A DNA stretch of 64,000 nt from Octopus vulgaris (GCA_951406725.2 OX597834.1:25792001-25856000), one strand, 5' to 3'. Numbered from the stretch's first letter, positions 40,647-53,850 are shown. The notes: a model not told the origin generated them from the sequence alone. Made by a program: numbers and translations.

Positions 40647-41012
40647 TACTCTTTACTCTTTTACTTGTTTCAGTCATTTGACTGCGGCCATGCTGGAGCA
40701 CCACCTTTAGTCGAGCAAATCGACCCCGGGACTTATTCTTTGTAAGCCCAGTACTTGTTCTATCGGTCTCTTTTGCCGAACCGCTAAGTGACAGGGACGT
40801 AAACACACCAGCATCGGTGGTCAAGCAATGCTAGGGGGACAAACACACACACACACACACACACACATACATATATATATACATATATACGACAGGCTTC
40901 TTTCAGTTTCCGTCTATAGCAGAAGACACTTGCCCAAGATGCCACGCAGTGGGACTGAACCCAGAACCATGTGGTTGGTTAGCAAGCTACTTACCACACA
41001 GCCACTCCTGCG
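40647..41012 (-). mobile_element. SINE family A copy with an internal deletion
   Basis: Lacks the ccaaatccactcacaagg...ggg segment (gtcta|tagcaga junction near 40915). Confidence 0.88.
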
Positions 41013-41696
41013 TGGAATTTTATATAGTATGAATGTGTTGTCTATTAATATTTTTCTATCTGGTTTGTTGTTTATTGTGCAGTGGACTGTGTTGTATTTG
41101 TTTTCTTTTTTTTTTTGTTTTTTTTTAAATGTCTGATAAACCTACAAAAGAGTGTACGATGAGTGTATATACATTTATAACATATATATAAAATGTGTGT
41201 TTACAAATATATGTGTGTATATGTATATATGTACATGTGTGTGTGTGTGTGTATTTATTTAATAACATTTTGACCCAGCTCCTCATTACATAAACTTTCG
41301 TAAACATAGAAAACATTCGCCTCATTAGATGTCTGTGGAGGAGCGTGGAGAATTTAAAAGAATTTTTAAATGGCATCTAGCTATGTAGGCCTTGATTTGT
41401 CAGTTCGGATCACATGATTGTTTATGCTATCAAGTAACATCAATTACTTTACTGTTAGGGCCACATGGTACAGACGTGATGTTGGCATAATCTTTGTCAG
41501 TCCTCTGCAGGATTATATTCAGCAACACCAGTTGTTTACGTTGGATACCGCACATGGTAAGGTAGACGAGATATTAGCATCAGCCGGTCAATTTGACATC
41601 ATTCTGTAGAGCTTGGTACTCTAGCTACAACGTACGTACATACGTATGTATGTATGTATGTATGTATGTGTTGTTGTTGTTGTAGTAGTAGTGGTA

Positions 41697-41911
41697 GTAG
41701 AGCTGAAAACGAGGCAATTTCTACTCTTCTCCTCTGGAAGCCGTCTACTCGCAACACCAGAGGGCGCACACTCTCCTACCCTGATGTAATCTCCAGGGAT
41801 ACAGGCATCCAGCAACAGGACCTCCGTAATGCTATGATGGACTGTGAAGTCTGGTGTAGCATGGTAAATTCCATTGTCTCGACCACAGTCGAACAATGAT
41901 GGATGATGATG
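41697..41911 (+). mobile_element. Short 3' fragment of the same RTE family
   Basis: Near-identical to 47727-47940 (RAENEAISTLLLWKPSTRNTRGRTLSYPDVISRDTG...VEQ*) with a tgatggatgatgat tail. Confidence 0.9.
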
Positions 41912-42069
41912 TAGGTATGTATGTATGTATGTATGCATGCATGCATGCATGCATGCATGTATGTATGTATGTATGCATGCATGCATGCATGTATGTATGT
42001 ATGCATGCATGTATGCATGTATGTATGCATGTATGTATGTATGAATGTATGTATGTATGTATGTATGTA

Positions 42070-42780
42070 TGTCCGGTTGAGTCAAAATGTTTTTTATATT
42101 TCAAGCCTTAATTAACAATTAATTTAATTATTAAGTTCAAACAAATTATATTGAAAAAGCATTTATGCATCAAAATATATTCCAATTCCATGACTTGCTT
42201 AGAGGCAAGAAACTCCATGCACCTGTTTTGGATCTCATCCACATTGTTGTGCAAGAAATGTGTTACGGCTCAGGAAAGGTGGTAATCTGATGTTGCAAGG
42301 TCTGGAGTGTAGGCTGTTTTCCAGCTCTTCAAGTTCTTCAGGTTAGCACTTGGTCACATTGGCGGTGTGTGCTAAAGCATTGCCATGCTGTAGGAGTGTG
42401 CATCTATGATTGGCCAATGGTGGTGGTGGATTTTTAAAGCCTCATACACTCACAGCAGTTGTTAAGTATAAAGATAAGAGTTCACAGCATGACCGTCTGG
42501 AACAAGCTCAAAATGCAACACATCCTTGTAATTCCATCTAACACACAACATGGCCTTTTGTACAAAACCACCCTTGTTTGACAACAGGTTCTAAAGCCTA
42601 ACTGGAATGATGTCTCTTATTACAGTTATGAAAATAGATTCATTTTTCATCCCCAGTCACAATACAATGCCAAAAGCAAGAATCTCAAGGATTTGCCAGT
42701 AGTTGTTTGCAAATGTTCACATGATGTTGAGCTTGGTCATTGATCAGTCATTGATCAGTCAATTGATGAGGAGCTGGTAT
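42070..42780 (-). mobile_element. Decayed mariner transposase (DD34D) fossil
   Basis: Minus-strand motifs in the correct order: IVTGDEK (about 42645-42665), LQHGNA (HDNA-like, about 42377-42394) and YTPDLATSDYHL (YSPDLAPSD-like, about 42275-42311). Confidence 0.8.
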
Positions 42781-43031
42781 ATACACACACACACACACAC
42801 ATGCAAACCACACTTCCACATACTCATGTATTTATACACAGATTGTATATATATATATATATATATGAATGTCTGCTACTCAAAAATTTGATGACAGAAG
42901 ACAGGAAACGATCGTAGTGGATATTAATTATATTTTTTAATAATATCTAAATTATATAAATTAATTTAGTATATGTTGGCTTAAGTCTTTCATTGTTTGA
43001 TTTGCATAATAGTGGTTTTGTCTCTAATTTA

Positions 43032-43090
<59 letters not shown>

Positions 43091-43246
43091 CACTCATATG
43101 CAAAAGTACCATAGTCTGGTGCTATTAAAGAGATTGATACGCAAGATCTTGTCCAGCTATGCTTTTAACACATCTTAATCAAAGCAGGACAATCTTCCAC
43201 CCTGCTTTTGCTCTGCACAAGATTTCAGTATTCATGGCTCAGCATA

Positions 43247-43360
43247 TACAGGTGGGCCAAAACTCTCACACCAAAACATTTGACATTTATGAAGTGATTT
43301 TAAAATGTGCTATATATACTGAGTTTTAATTTTGGTGCATGATTTTTGGCCTACTCTGTA
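43247..43360. mobile_element. Small Tc1/mariner-like MITE
   Basis: ta-caggtgggccaaaactc ... gatttttggcctactctg-ta. Confidence 0.45.
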
Positions 43361-44167
43361 CCTTACTGTCTGTCTCAAATAGATCAACTCCCTTACTTTC
43401 TCAGTTTCATCACTTGACAGCATTGTTTAACCTTAAGGTTGATATGCACAACTAAACCTTTGCAGAGAGTACCCCGGCATGGTTGCAATCGAAATACTGG
43501 TAAAAATGTGGAATGAAATACAAATATAGAAGTATCATGCTTAATTTTGTTTATTTATATTATAATTGTAACAATTAGGATAATTACCTTATGATATTTA
43601 CATATATATTATTGATGTAACTATATTTTTAGTTACATCCCGACTCCTGCTTTGCTTTAAATACACATGGACATTTACACACACACACACATACACATTT
43701 ATATACATACACATATACATGTATATATATATATATGCATATATATATATATGTATGTGTGTGTGCATATATAAGCATATATGCATATCCTCATTATCAT
43801 CATCATCATCGTTTGACGTCCATTTTCCATGCTGGCATGGGTTGCAGAGTTTGACTGAGGACTGGCGAGCCAGAAAGCTTTACCGGGCTCCAATCTGATC
43901 TGGCAAGATTTCTACAGCTGGATGCCCTTCCTAACGCCAATGACTCCAAGTGTGTAGTGGGTGCATTTTACATACTACCAGCACAAGGGCCAGTCAGGCT
44001 ATACTAGCATTGACCACACTTGAATGGTACTTCTTACATGCCACTGACACAGGAGACACTCAGGCGGCACTGGCAATGGCCATGACAATGACGTCACTTG
44101 ACTCAACAGGTCTTTGCAAGTACAGTTTATTGCCCAATGCACACACACACACACACATATATATATA

Positions 44168-44564
44168 GGCGCAGGAGTGGCTGTGTGGTAAGTAGCTTGC
44201 TTACCAACCACATGGTTCTGGGTTCACTCCCACTGTGTGGCAGCTTGGGCAAGTGTCTTCTACTATAGCCTCGGGCTGACCAAAGCCTTGTGAGTGGATT
44301 TGGTAGATGGAAACTGAAAGAAGCCTGTCGTATATGTATATATATATGTATGTGTGTGTATCTGTTTGTCCCCCCCTCCAACATCGCTTGACAACCGATG
44401 CTGGTGCGTTTAGATCCCCGTAACTTAGTGGTTCAGCAAAAGGGAACAATAGAATAAGTACTAGGCTTACAAAGAATAAGTCCTAGGGTTGATCTGCTCA
44501 ACTAAAAGCGGTGCTCCAGCATGGCCACAGTCAAATGACTGAAACAAGTAAAGAGAGTAAAGAG
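44168..44564 (+). mobile_element. SINE family A copy, full-length
   Basis: Head ggcgcaggagtggctgtgtgg through tail gaaacaagtaaaagagagtaaagag. Confidence 0.9.
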
Positions 44565-44819
44565 TATATGCATATATATATATGTCAAACAATTTCTGAA
44601 ACTACACTACCCCTAACATCTGGCCACCTAACTACCCAGACTGCCAGCCCCCTGATTATTATGTGTGGGACACAGCTGGGTGAGAGACTAACAAAACTCC
44701 TTGTAACATCAAAGATGAACTGAAGGCAAGGATTATGGCAGCATAAGAGAATGAGATGCTGTAACGTCACAAACTTTGCTCCATCTTGATGGCCTTCCTT
44801 TCCTCTCATTCCTGTTCAA

Positions 44820-44900
44820 GGCTCTGATGAAGCTATGTGGTGTTATTCGGGCACTCAACTATGAATCCACTATATCTCATAGCAGAAACAGCTGTTAGCT
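44820..44900 (+). ncRNA. Type I minimal hammerhead ribozyme motif
   Basis: ggct-CTGATGA(44824-44830)-a-GCTATG...CATAGC-a-GAAA(44885-44888)-CAGCTG-TT-agct. Stem II is 6 bp, stem III is palindromic, and the site is GUU. Confidence 0.7.
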
Positions 44901-44946
44901 AATGGAGTTGATAAGACAATCATTTATTGCTTTATCTCATTTTCTC

Positions 44947-44995
<49 letters not shown>

Positions 44996-45010
44996 ATATA
45001 TATATGTATA

Positions 45011-45752
45011 TATATAAGTTTATATATGAGGATAATATCGATATTTAAGTATCAAATTATCAAGTGGCCAGCATGAAAAAAATACCTTACAAAGGTAAAA
45101 AATTTTTTAACAATTAAAAATGAGGGTGTCTGAAAGACACCAACATGCCGAAATAGCAGTCGAAATTCTGACTATAAAACCACGTTAAATGTTCATATCG
45201 CACCATGAGGTAAAGCGGAGGGACAAAACATACAAGCAAAAATTATTGAAAAATTCAAGATCCAAGGATTTCTGGTTCTGCTTTAAATAAGCTTTACCGT
45301 CATCAATTGAATATATCAAGGGTACATAAATACAGATTTATATATGCACAGCAAACGATATACTTACACATACGAGCGTCGCACATACATACATATGCAC
45401 GTATGGACACAGCCAGTTGAATTGCCCGCCAAATCAGCGCATAAATACGATATGGTTAAAATAAGCACCGCAGTGAATATAATAACGAATTATATAAGTT
45501 TATATATGAGGATAATATCGATATTTAAGTATCAAATTATCAAGTGGCCAGCATGAAAAAAATACGTTACAAAGGTAAAAAATTTTTTAACAATTAAAAA
45601 TGGATCTTGAATTTTTCAATAATTTTTGCTTGTATGTTTTGTCCCTCCGCTTTACCTCATGGTGCGATATGAACATTTAACATGGTTTTATAGTCAGAAT
45701 TTCGACTGCTATTTCGGCATGTTGGTGTCTTTTAGACACCCTCATTTTTAAT
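45011..45752. mobile_element. Penelope-like non-autonomous remnant: direct terminal repeat plus inverted segment, between (TA)n tracts
   Basis: 45011-45122 is repeated directly at 45491-45602. 45601-45752 is the near-perfect reverse complement of about 45113-45264. It contains a hammerhead 3' half (cc-GAAA-TAGCAG...CTGaCTA-TA) near 45148-45177. Confidence 0.6.
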
Positions 45753-45902
45753 TATATGTATATATATATATTGATTGATTGATAAATAGAAACATATGTA
45801 GATGTAATTGTGTATATGTATATATGTATGCATATATGTGTGTGTGTGTATGTATATATGAGTATATATAGATGTATGCTTATATGTGTATGTATGAATC
45901 TG

Positions 45903-45936
<34 letters not shown>

Positions 45937-46089
45937 CATCCATCTTTCTATCTATCTACCCATCCATCCATCCATCTCGCTAGCTAGCTAACTGTCTGTC
46001 TATCTATCTATCTAAAATGCTGACATCATAAGAATTTAGAATTCATGTGTATGTGTGTGTAATATATATATATATATATATGCACTTGC

Positions 46090-46123
<34 letters not shown>

Positions 46124-46124
46124 G

Positions 46125-46162
<38 letters not shown>

Positions 46163-46730
46163 TACGTACACACACTCTTGCAAACATATGTCTATACACC
46201 CGGCTGTAAAACAAAGCTTACAGATCCAGTGTACATGTTACTGATACTCCAGGAAGTAGGCTGTTCTTTTTGTTTTTGTTTCTCTCTGTTCTCTACTTTG
46301 TGTTGCATTTGGTGAGTTTTGTTGATTCTTTTGTGATTGTAATCAAATATCATCAGATGTGGTTAGCATCAATACAGGATTTACTGCAGAAATCTCACCT
46401 CATAAAATATGTATGTTTGTATGTATGCTGGTATGCTGTTCTGCATTCGTTTACTATAATTAATTAGTATTTTATGAGAATGAAAATAAATAGAAAATAT
46501 ATAAAATGTATTATGGTTTTAGTTGTATTTGTCTTTTATTTTTCTGCTTGTTTTTGTTGCTTTTTGTTGTTGCTGTTTTGTATTTTGAGGATTGCTTTTC
46601 CTCTGTACTCTACTGTTGTACTCCCTCCGCTTTTCAGTGGTTTAACACTTTTGAGAATGTTTTTAGCTCTTTAAGAAAATGTTGAATATACATACATACA
46701 AATGTGTGTGTGTGGTATATATATATATAT

Positions 46731-47040
46731 CACCGTGATCACCGTGACCGACCAGGGTATCAGATGTTGCTACACACCGCTGGTCACAATGCGCTTCGCA
46801 TTGTTTTAGCCTTCAAATGATGCCACCCCGCTGGCTAAGCGAGCAGGCCAACAGAAGAAAGAGTGTGAGAAAGTTGTGGCGAAAGAGTACAGCAGGGATC
46901 GCCACCACCCCCTGCCGGAGCCTCGTGGAGCTTTAGGTGTTTTCGCTCAATAAACACTCACAACGCCCGGTCTGGGAATCGAAACCGCGATCCTACGACC
47001 ACGAGTCCGCTGCCCTAACCACTGGGCCATTGCGCCTCCA
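46731..47040 (-). mobile_element. SINE family D copy abutting the RTE fragment head-to-head
   Basis: The head ends ...gggccattgcgcctcca at 47040, directly before the RT sequence. Confidence 0.85.
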
Positions 47041-47943
47041 TATCGCCCCATTTCTTTTCATCATTGTTGTTGATTATGTGCTACGTATGTCAGTTGATAC
47101 CATCTCTGGCAAGGGCTTTGAAATAAAACCAAGAAGAAGTTCCAGACACCCAGCTGAGTACTTGACAGACACTGACTTTGCTGACGACATCGCTCTTATC
47201 AGTGATTCTCTCTCCAATGCCCAGTCTCTCTTACAATCTCTTGAACAAGCCTCAAATTGTGTAGGTCTTTACCTCAATGAGACCAAAACTGAATACATAA
47301 ACAAGTGCCTGTCCAACAGTGATTGCATCATCCACACTCTCAACAGTGCACCTTTAAATATGGTTTCTGATTATAAATATCTTGGGTCATACATATCATC
47401 ATCTGGAAAAGACTTTCTAACTAGAAAGGGTATGGCCTGGTCAGCCTGTAATGACATGCATAAGATCTGGTCATCAAATCTAAGTAGAGACTTCAAACTT
47501 GAAATATTCAAAGCCACAGTCGAACCAATCCTACTATATGGCTCAGAAACCTGGACGTTATCAAAGAAGCTTGAGAGGCGGTTGGATGGAACCTACACTC
47601 GCCTCCTTATGAGAGCTCAAAATCTCTCGTGGAGGCGCCATCCAACTAAAATGCAAATATATGGGAAATTACCACCTGTGTCATCTCTTGTGAAAGGTAG
47701 GAGAGTCCAGTTTGCTGGACATTGTTGTAGAGCTGAAAAAGAAGTAATTTCTACTCTTCTCCTCTGGAAGCCATCTACTCGCAACACCAGAGGGCGCACA
47801 CTCTCCTACCCTGATGTAATCTCCAGGGATACAGGCATCCAGCAACAGGACCTCCGTAATGCTATGATGGACTGTGAAGTCTGGCGCAACATGGTAAATT
47901 CCATTGTCTCGACCACGGTCGAACAATGATGAATGATGATGAT
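47041..47943 (+). mobile_element. 5'-truncated RTE-clade LINE, reverse transcriptase C-terminal part, still in frame
   Basis: APFLFIIVVDYVLR, DFADDIAL (RT catalytic), GLYLNETKTEY, YKYLGS, PILLYGSETW, RRVQFAGH; stop at 47929 followed by a (TGA)n tail. Confidence 0.92.
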
Positions 47944-47979
47944 TGCATACATGCAAACACACACACTCATCTGTTCAGG

Positions 47980-48054
<75 letters not shown>

Positions 48055-48550
48055 GGAGCAGCAGTACTGTGTAATGAACCACAGTACTGTGTAGTAAACT
48101 AGTAAACTAAGCCACCTGAGCAATATGTAAACTCTCCCTCTCCTCTTCTAACCTTTTTACTTGTGTTTTGCACCCGGCTCAGTCTTCTCTAAAAAGTCAA
48201 CACACAACTTTCTCGCATTCTTCTCCCACTCTGTGTCCGTCTGTCTGCCTGTTTTCTCTCTCTCTCTCTCTCCCTCTCTTTTGCTTCTCTTTCACTTTTC
48301 TCTCTGCCCCTGTCTCTTACTCTTCTCTCTTGCTTTTTCTCTCTCTGTCTCTTCCCTTCTGTCTATTTCTCTTCTATCTTTATATCACTGGCTCTCCCTC
48401 CTACTTTCCTCCACTTCGTTTTATCTGCGACCAACACCACCAACACCACCAACACCACCACCACCACCACCACCACCACCACCACCACCGCAGCTCCTGC
48501 TACCAAATATTCCACACCCCAGCTTTTCCTTGCCTTCTTCCTCCTCCTAG

Positions 48551-48657
48551 ATATAAGTGTGAAGCAACTGAAGACTGGTTTAAGGCTTCTTCTGCACATC
48601 TTCCTCTCGTGACCTACCTACTCTGCTAGCTCCCTTAATTGTTTCTCTGTTTTTAAG
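48551..48657 (+). other. Candidate non-coding (5'UTR or alternative first) exon of the LIM gene
   Basis: Perfect donor AAG|GTAAGT at 48657/48658, and a possible acceptor cttcttcctcctcctag| ending at 48550. It lies in a non-SINE island (48050-48700) with GA-, CT- and CCA-rich tracts. Confidence 0.4.
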
Positions 48658-48715
48658 GTAAGTTCTTTCACTAATAATTATGTCTGGTCTCTGGCTGCAC
48701 TATACGCTGATGTAG

Positions 48716-48756
48716 ACCAGCCTGGCCTGGCCTGGCCTGGCCTGGTCTGGTCTGGT
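48716..48756. repeat. (CCTGG)n/(TCTGG)n pentamer repeat
   Basis: cctggcctggcctggcctggcctggtctggtctgg, 60 nt downstream of the 48657 donor. Confidence 0.9.
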
Positions 48757-49401
48757 CGTTGTCTGTCCTGTTTCATTTTCTCCTTTTCTTTTTCTCACCA
48801 CCACAAAAAAAAAGAAAAAGAAAAATCCAAGCTTGTATAAATAACTGTAAGAATGTTTATACAATAGATATGCTGATAGTTTATTTTTATTTATATTCAG
48901 AAATGTCACTTCTTTCTCTCTCTCTTTCCCCACTTCTACGCTTACTTTGACAACTAGAATTTCTAGTAAATACAATTGTCAACATTTTTGTTTTGAAACT
49001 TATCACATTTGCATCAGTTTACCCAAACTTGTACTACTACTAGTACTACAGGCAGATGCTCAGTAGTTTCAGTTTTAAAATTCCAGTCTGCTATGAGGTA
49101 ACTTTGCAAAATTTTGTCAAAATACATAAAAATTATTACATTATTTGTACAATTTTATGGGTTGGTTGGGAACTAAAACACAAACAGCACTTAGTTATGG
49201 TATAGTTTTGCTAGTAGTTTTTTTAGAAATATAAAGTAAAATAAAAAAAAGTTAAATTTCTGTGGTAACTACCAAAATGTACCAGTCAAGTATTTCTGCT
49301 GGTACTTATTGATTAACCCTAATCTTCTTAAAATTGCTAGCCTCGTGCCTAAGTTATAAACTACTATTACTATTATTATTACTATTATTATTATTATTAT
49401 T

Positions 49402-50272
49402 AAGGTGGCGAGCTGGCAGAGTTATTAGTTCACAAGGCAAAATGCTTAGTGGTGTTTCATCTGCCTTTACATTCTGTGTTCAAATTCTACCATGGTTGGC
49501 TTTTCCTTTCATCCTTTAGGGGTTGATCAAATAAGTACCAGTTGAGTACTGGGATCAATGTGATAGACTTATCTGCTCCTTCGAAATTGCTGGCCTTGTG
49601 CCAAGATCTGAAACCTTCACTATTATTATTATTATAGTTATTATAGTTAAGGCAGCAAGCTGGCAGAATCATTAGCACGCTGGACAAAATGCTTGGTGGT
49701 ATTTCGCCGACTGCTATGTTCTGAGTTCAAATTCTGCTGAGGTCGACTTTTCATCTTTTCGGAGTCAATGAAATAAGTACCAGTTATGCACTGGGGTCAA
49801 TGTAATTGACTAAGTCCTCTCCTCCAATTTCAGGCCTTGTGCCTATAGTAGAAAGGATTATTATCATAGTTATTATTAGAGTGGTGGTAAACTGGCAGAA
49901 AGAGTGTTGTACAAATTCCTTTGCATTCTAAGTTCAAATCCTGCCAAGGTCAACTTTGCCCTTCAACCTTCCCTGATTCATGAAATACAGTACCTGTCAA
50001 ATAAGCCTTGCGCTCATATCATTATCATCATCATCATCATTATTATTATTATTATTTAAGGTGACGAGCTGGGAGCATCATTAGCAAGCCAGACAAAATG
50101 CTTAGCGGCATTTCGTCTGTCTTCGTGTTCTGAGTTCAAATTCCAACAAGGTCGACTTTGCCTTTCATCCTTTCAGGTTTGAAGAAATAAGTACCAGTTG
50201 AGTACTGGGGTCGATGTAATTGACTTTACCCCTTCCCTCAGAATTGTTGGCCATGTGCGAAAATTTGAGACC
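49402..50272 (+). mobile_element. Head-to-tail run of four family B-related SINEs separated by (TTA)n
   Basis: Units start at about 49402, 49650, 49880 and 50059, each preceded by an (ATT)n tract. Confidence 0.8.
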
Positions 50273-50319
<47 letters not shown>

Positions 50320-51459
50320 TATCTCATCTTGCTTGAGGTTAGTTTTCAGAAAAACTAATAAATTTAGGTTCTAATACCAAGTTAGTTGCCTTTTAATAAA
50401 CATTCAAAATACTGATGCATTATCAATTTACATAAAGCTTTAGCAATTCTTTAAAACCTTTAATGTTTACAACCAATATCTCACTTTCATTATGTAAGAA
50501 TAAGAACAGTTGGGTTGCAAATTACTTTTCTCTGTATGTGTGTGTGTGTACATGAGTGAGTGTATGTGTGTGTGTGTACATGAGTGAGTGTATGTGTGTG
50601 TGTGTACATGAGTGAGTGTGCATGCATGTGTTTCAAAATTGGCATCTAAAATCTAAAAAGACTTTTAAATGAAAATTTTTATAACCCTTAAATTAATCCC
50701 TCCAAGACCACCACTGGTGCCCTAGTACTAAACAACCCATGTCAGAAAACATTTACATTAAAAATAAAATCCTTACATAATTAATTTTATGTCTGAACAT
50801 TTTTGTTACATTCCAAACAATAACTTAATAATAGTAAAGTAGGTATTTTATGAAATTCTTCTAAAATTTCAGTTACTTTGAAGAATTAAACAAAATAATT
50901 AAACAGCATTTTTCATTGGAAATACAGTTACAAAAGATTTAATCAATAAATAATTAATTGAATTTTGTTTAACTTGTTAATTAAAGTCAACAAGTTAATC
51001 AAATGATCGATAAGTTAGTTAGAGAGATATTTAACCAATTGACTAATAATAAAAGAGTAGAATTAAACTAGTGCATGTGGTATTAATATCGGTGTAATGA
51101 CTCACCTTAGACACAACAAAATTTATTTCATCACACGAATTCACATAAAGAATCTTACAAACCAAATTCAAAACTGTAATAATTGAATGAAACTGAAAGA
51201 AAATGGCCCTTTCTAAGAGTTGGAAATAAAAGTTCTAAGATATAGTTATGTATTACACATGTCTACAGTGATTATTAACCATTCAGCTTGACAGTTTTGA
51301 AAAATAGGTTTTATCAATTGATACATTAAAAACTTGTTCTTTCATCTTCTTTTCTTCTTTCTAATATACAGCTGACTTTAGCCTCTACTTTCACTCTTCT
51401 CCCAGTAGCCTTTATCTGCAGTGAACTCAAAGACAAAAAAAAAATTTTTTTGTAAATCT

Positions 51460-51555
<96 letters not shown>

Positions 51556-51598
51556 TTTTTCCTCTGTCTTCCCTTCTCGGGACCTTTCCTTCTCCTAT

Positions 51599-51633
51599 GT
51601 TTCCGACGAAGAGCTCCGCTCGAAACGTCAAAC
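51599..51633 (+). ncRNA. Ultra-minimal hammerhead-like motif (PLE type), U4C variant
   Basis: gttt-CCGACGA-a-GAGC-tcc-GCTC-GAAAC-GTC-aaac. Stem I 4 bp, stem II 4 bp, ACGT palindrome in place of stem III. The element is bounded by (TA)n on both sides (about 51550-51686). Confidence 0.55.
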
Positions 51634-51807
51634 CCTCCTTCTTCCCTTCTTTCCTGAGCGTCCAATAATACTTTATTTGTTCCACATATATATATATATA
51701 TATACACACACACTCTGTTTCTATCTTCTTATACATATAAAAAGTTGTTTTACGTATGTGTGTATATAGAGAGACTGTATATATCATGGGTCTATGTCTA
51801 TATATGT

Positions 51808-52142
51808 GAAGGTGCATGGCTCAGTGGTTAGAGTGTCGAGCTTACAATTGCAAGGTTGCGAGTTTGGATCCCAGACCAGGCTGCGTATTGTGTTCTTGAG
51901 CAAGACACTTTATTTCACATAGCTCCAGTTCACTCAGGTGTAGAAATGAGTTGCAATGTCACAGGTGCCAAGCTGCATTGGCCTTTGCCTTTCCCTTGGA
52001 TAATACTGGTGGCGTGGAGAGGGGAGGCCAGTATGCATGGGCGACTGCTGGTCTTCTATAAACAACCTTGCCTGGACTTGTGTCTGGGAGGGTGACTTTC
52101 TAGGTGCAATCCCATGGTCAGTCATGACTGAAGGGGGTCTCA
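51808..52142 (+). mobile_element. Fifth tRNA-derived SINE family
   Basis: gaaggtgcatggctcagtggttagag... ttcttgagcaagacactttatttcaca; a partial copy is at about 9676-9843. Confidence 0.7.
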
Positions 52143-52148
52143 GCAGTA

Positions 52149-52230
<82 letters not shown>

Positions 52231-52238
<8 letters not shown>

Positions 52239-52470
52239 CATACATACATACATAAATGTATACATACACAGATAGATACATACATACATACATAAATGTA
52301 TACATACACAGATAGATACATACATACATACATAAATGTATACATACACAGATAGATACATACATACATACATAAATGTATACATACACAGATAGATACA
52401 TACATACATACATAAATGTATACATACACAGATAGATACATACATACATACATAAATGTATACATACACA
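52231..52470. repeat. 40-bp minisatellite, about 6 copies, following (TA)n(GATA)n
   Basis: Unit gatagatacatacatacatacataaatgtatacatacaca. Confidence 0.92.
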
Positions 52471-53339
52471 GATACATACATACATACATACATACGAGTG
52501 TGTACACATGTATGTGTATATAATAAAACAGAATCTAGAGGCACTGGTGTTGGTCTATGTTGGCAACACTTGTATTATTTAGTAAAATCAACAAAAAAAT
52601 GGACAGTGAACTTGTCTTGAGGAGTGGAAAATTCAACATTTTGGAGAGAATCCTTCTTTTGGGAAAAATTGACAAAAGTGAAATTAAAGAGACGGAAAGA
52701 GAGAGGAAAAGAGGCTGCTGTTTTTCTTGCAGGATATAAAACTGTTGTCTCATTAGTTTCTCTCCTTTCAACTTTGACCTGATGAAGGGACTGTTTGAAA
52801 CTTTGGATTTTCCACTCGCTGTTGCAATGCTTCTTAACCATTTCTTTGATTCTTATTTTACATGGATGGATCTTCATAGCTATTCAGTGTTTAAAAAACC
52901 CTATTATATTTTTATAATTAAATATTATAAGGAATTGCATGAAAAATTTTTTTTAATATTTTGTGTATCGTAGAAGTATATTGTACATGAATTTTAACAA
53001 CAAAATCATAACTGGACCCTCAGGAGCCATTGGACCCTACTTGAGAACAACTGTCCTGTAGCATATTCACTGTACTTTTTTTGTTGTTAACACTGTGTGT
53101 GTGTGACTTTTATGTAGCAAGGGCTAGCCTGCACTCTAGAAATTTGAAATCCCATTGGTGTTCATATTTTCTAAAAAAAATAAAAGTTTAGTAATTTCTA
53201 GTGTGATTGTATGTAGAGGTGATGGGCTCAGTAGTACATGGACAGGTTAATATCCAACAGTTAGGTAGATTTCAGAAAAGAATTCTTTGTGTTACTTAAA
53301 GTCTTGCATATAAAAATTACTTTTGGTCGAGTTAAATTT

Positions 53340-53343
53340 ATAT

Positions 53344-53406
<63 letters not shown>

Positions 53407-53524
53407 GTATATAGGTATGCACATATTTGTAAATATATGCTTGGCTGCAGTCTGATGACTGAAACAAGTAAAAAAAGAAAAAGAAAGCTATATGCATGTA
53501 TATATAGGTATTTATATATGTATG

Positions 53525-53605
<81 letters not shown>

Positions 53606-53850
53606 CTGTGCGTGTGTGTGTGTACATGTGTATATATATATATACACCTGTGCGTGTGTGTGTGTACATGTGTATATATATATATACACCTGTGCGTGTG
53701 TGTGTACATGTATATATATATATATACACACACCTGTGTGTGTGTGTGTGTATTTATAAGTAGATTGGTAATTATATAGATATAGATGGATGTGTGTGTA
53801 TACATACACACACATATATATATATAATTGGATAGATAGATAGATAGATA
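53340..53850. repeat. Compound microsatellite with a ~43-bp unit
   Basis: tacacctgtgcgtgtgtgtgtgtacatgtgtatatatatata about 3 times. Confidence 0.85.

Noticed and set aside
46937-47040. N-terminus of the 330-aa ORF
   Set aside because: It is antisense SINE sequence that happens to be in frame with the truncated RT, not a real start.
48161-48629. Poly-Pro / poly-His ORFs
   Set aside because: Products of CT and (CCA)n low-complexity tracts with no domain.
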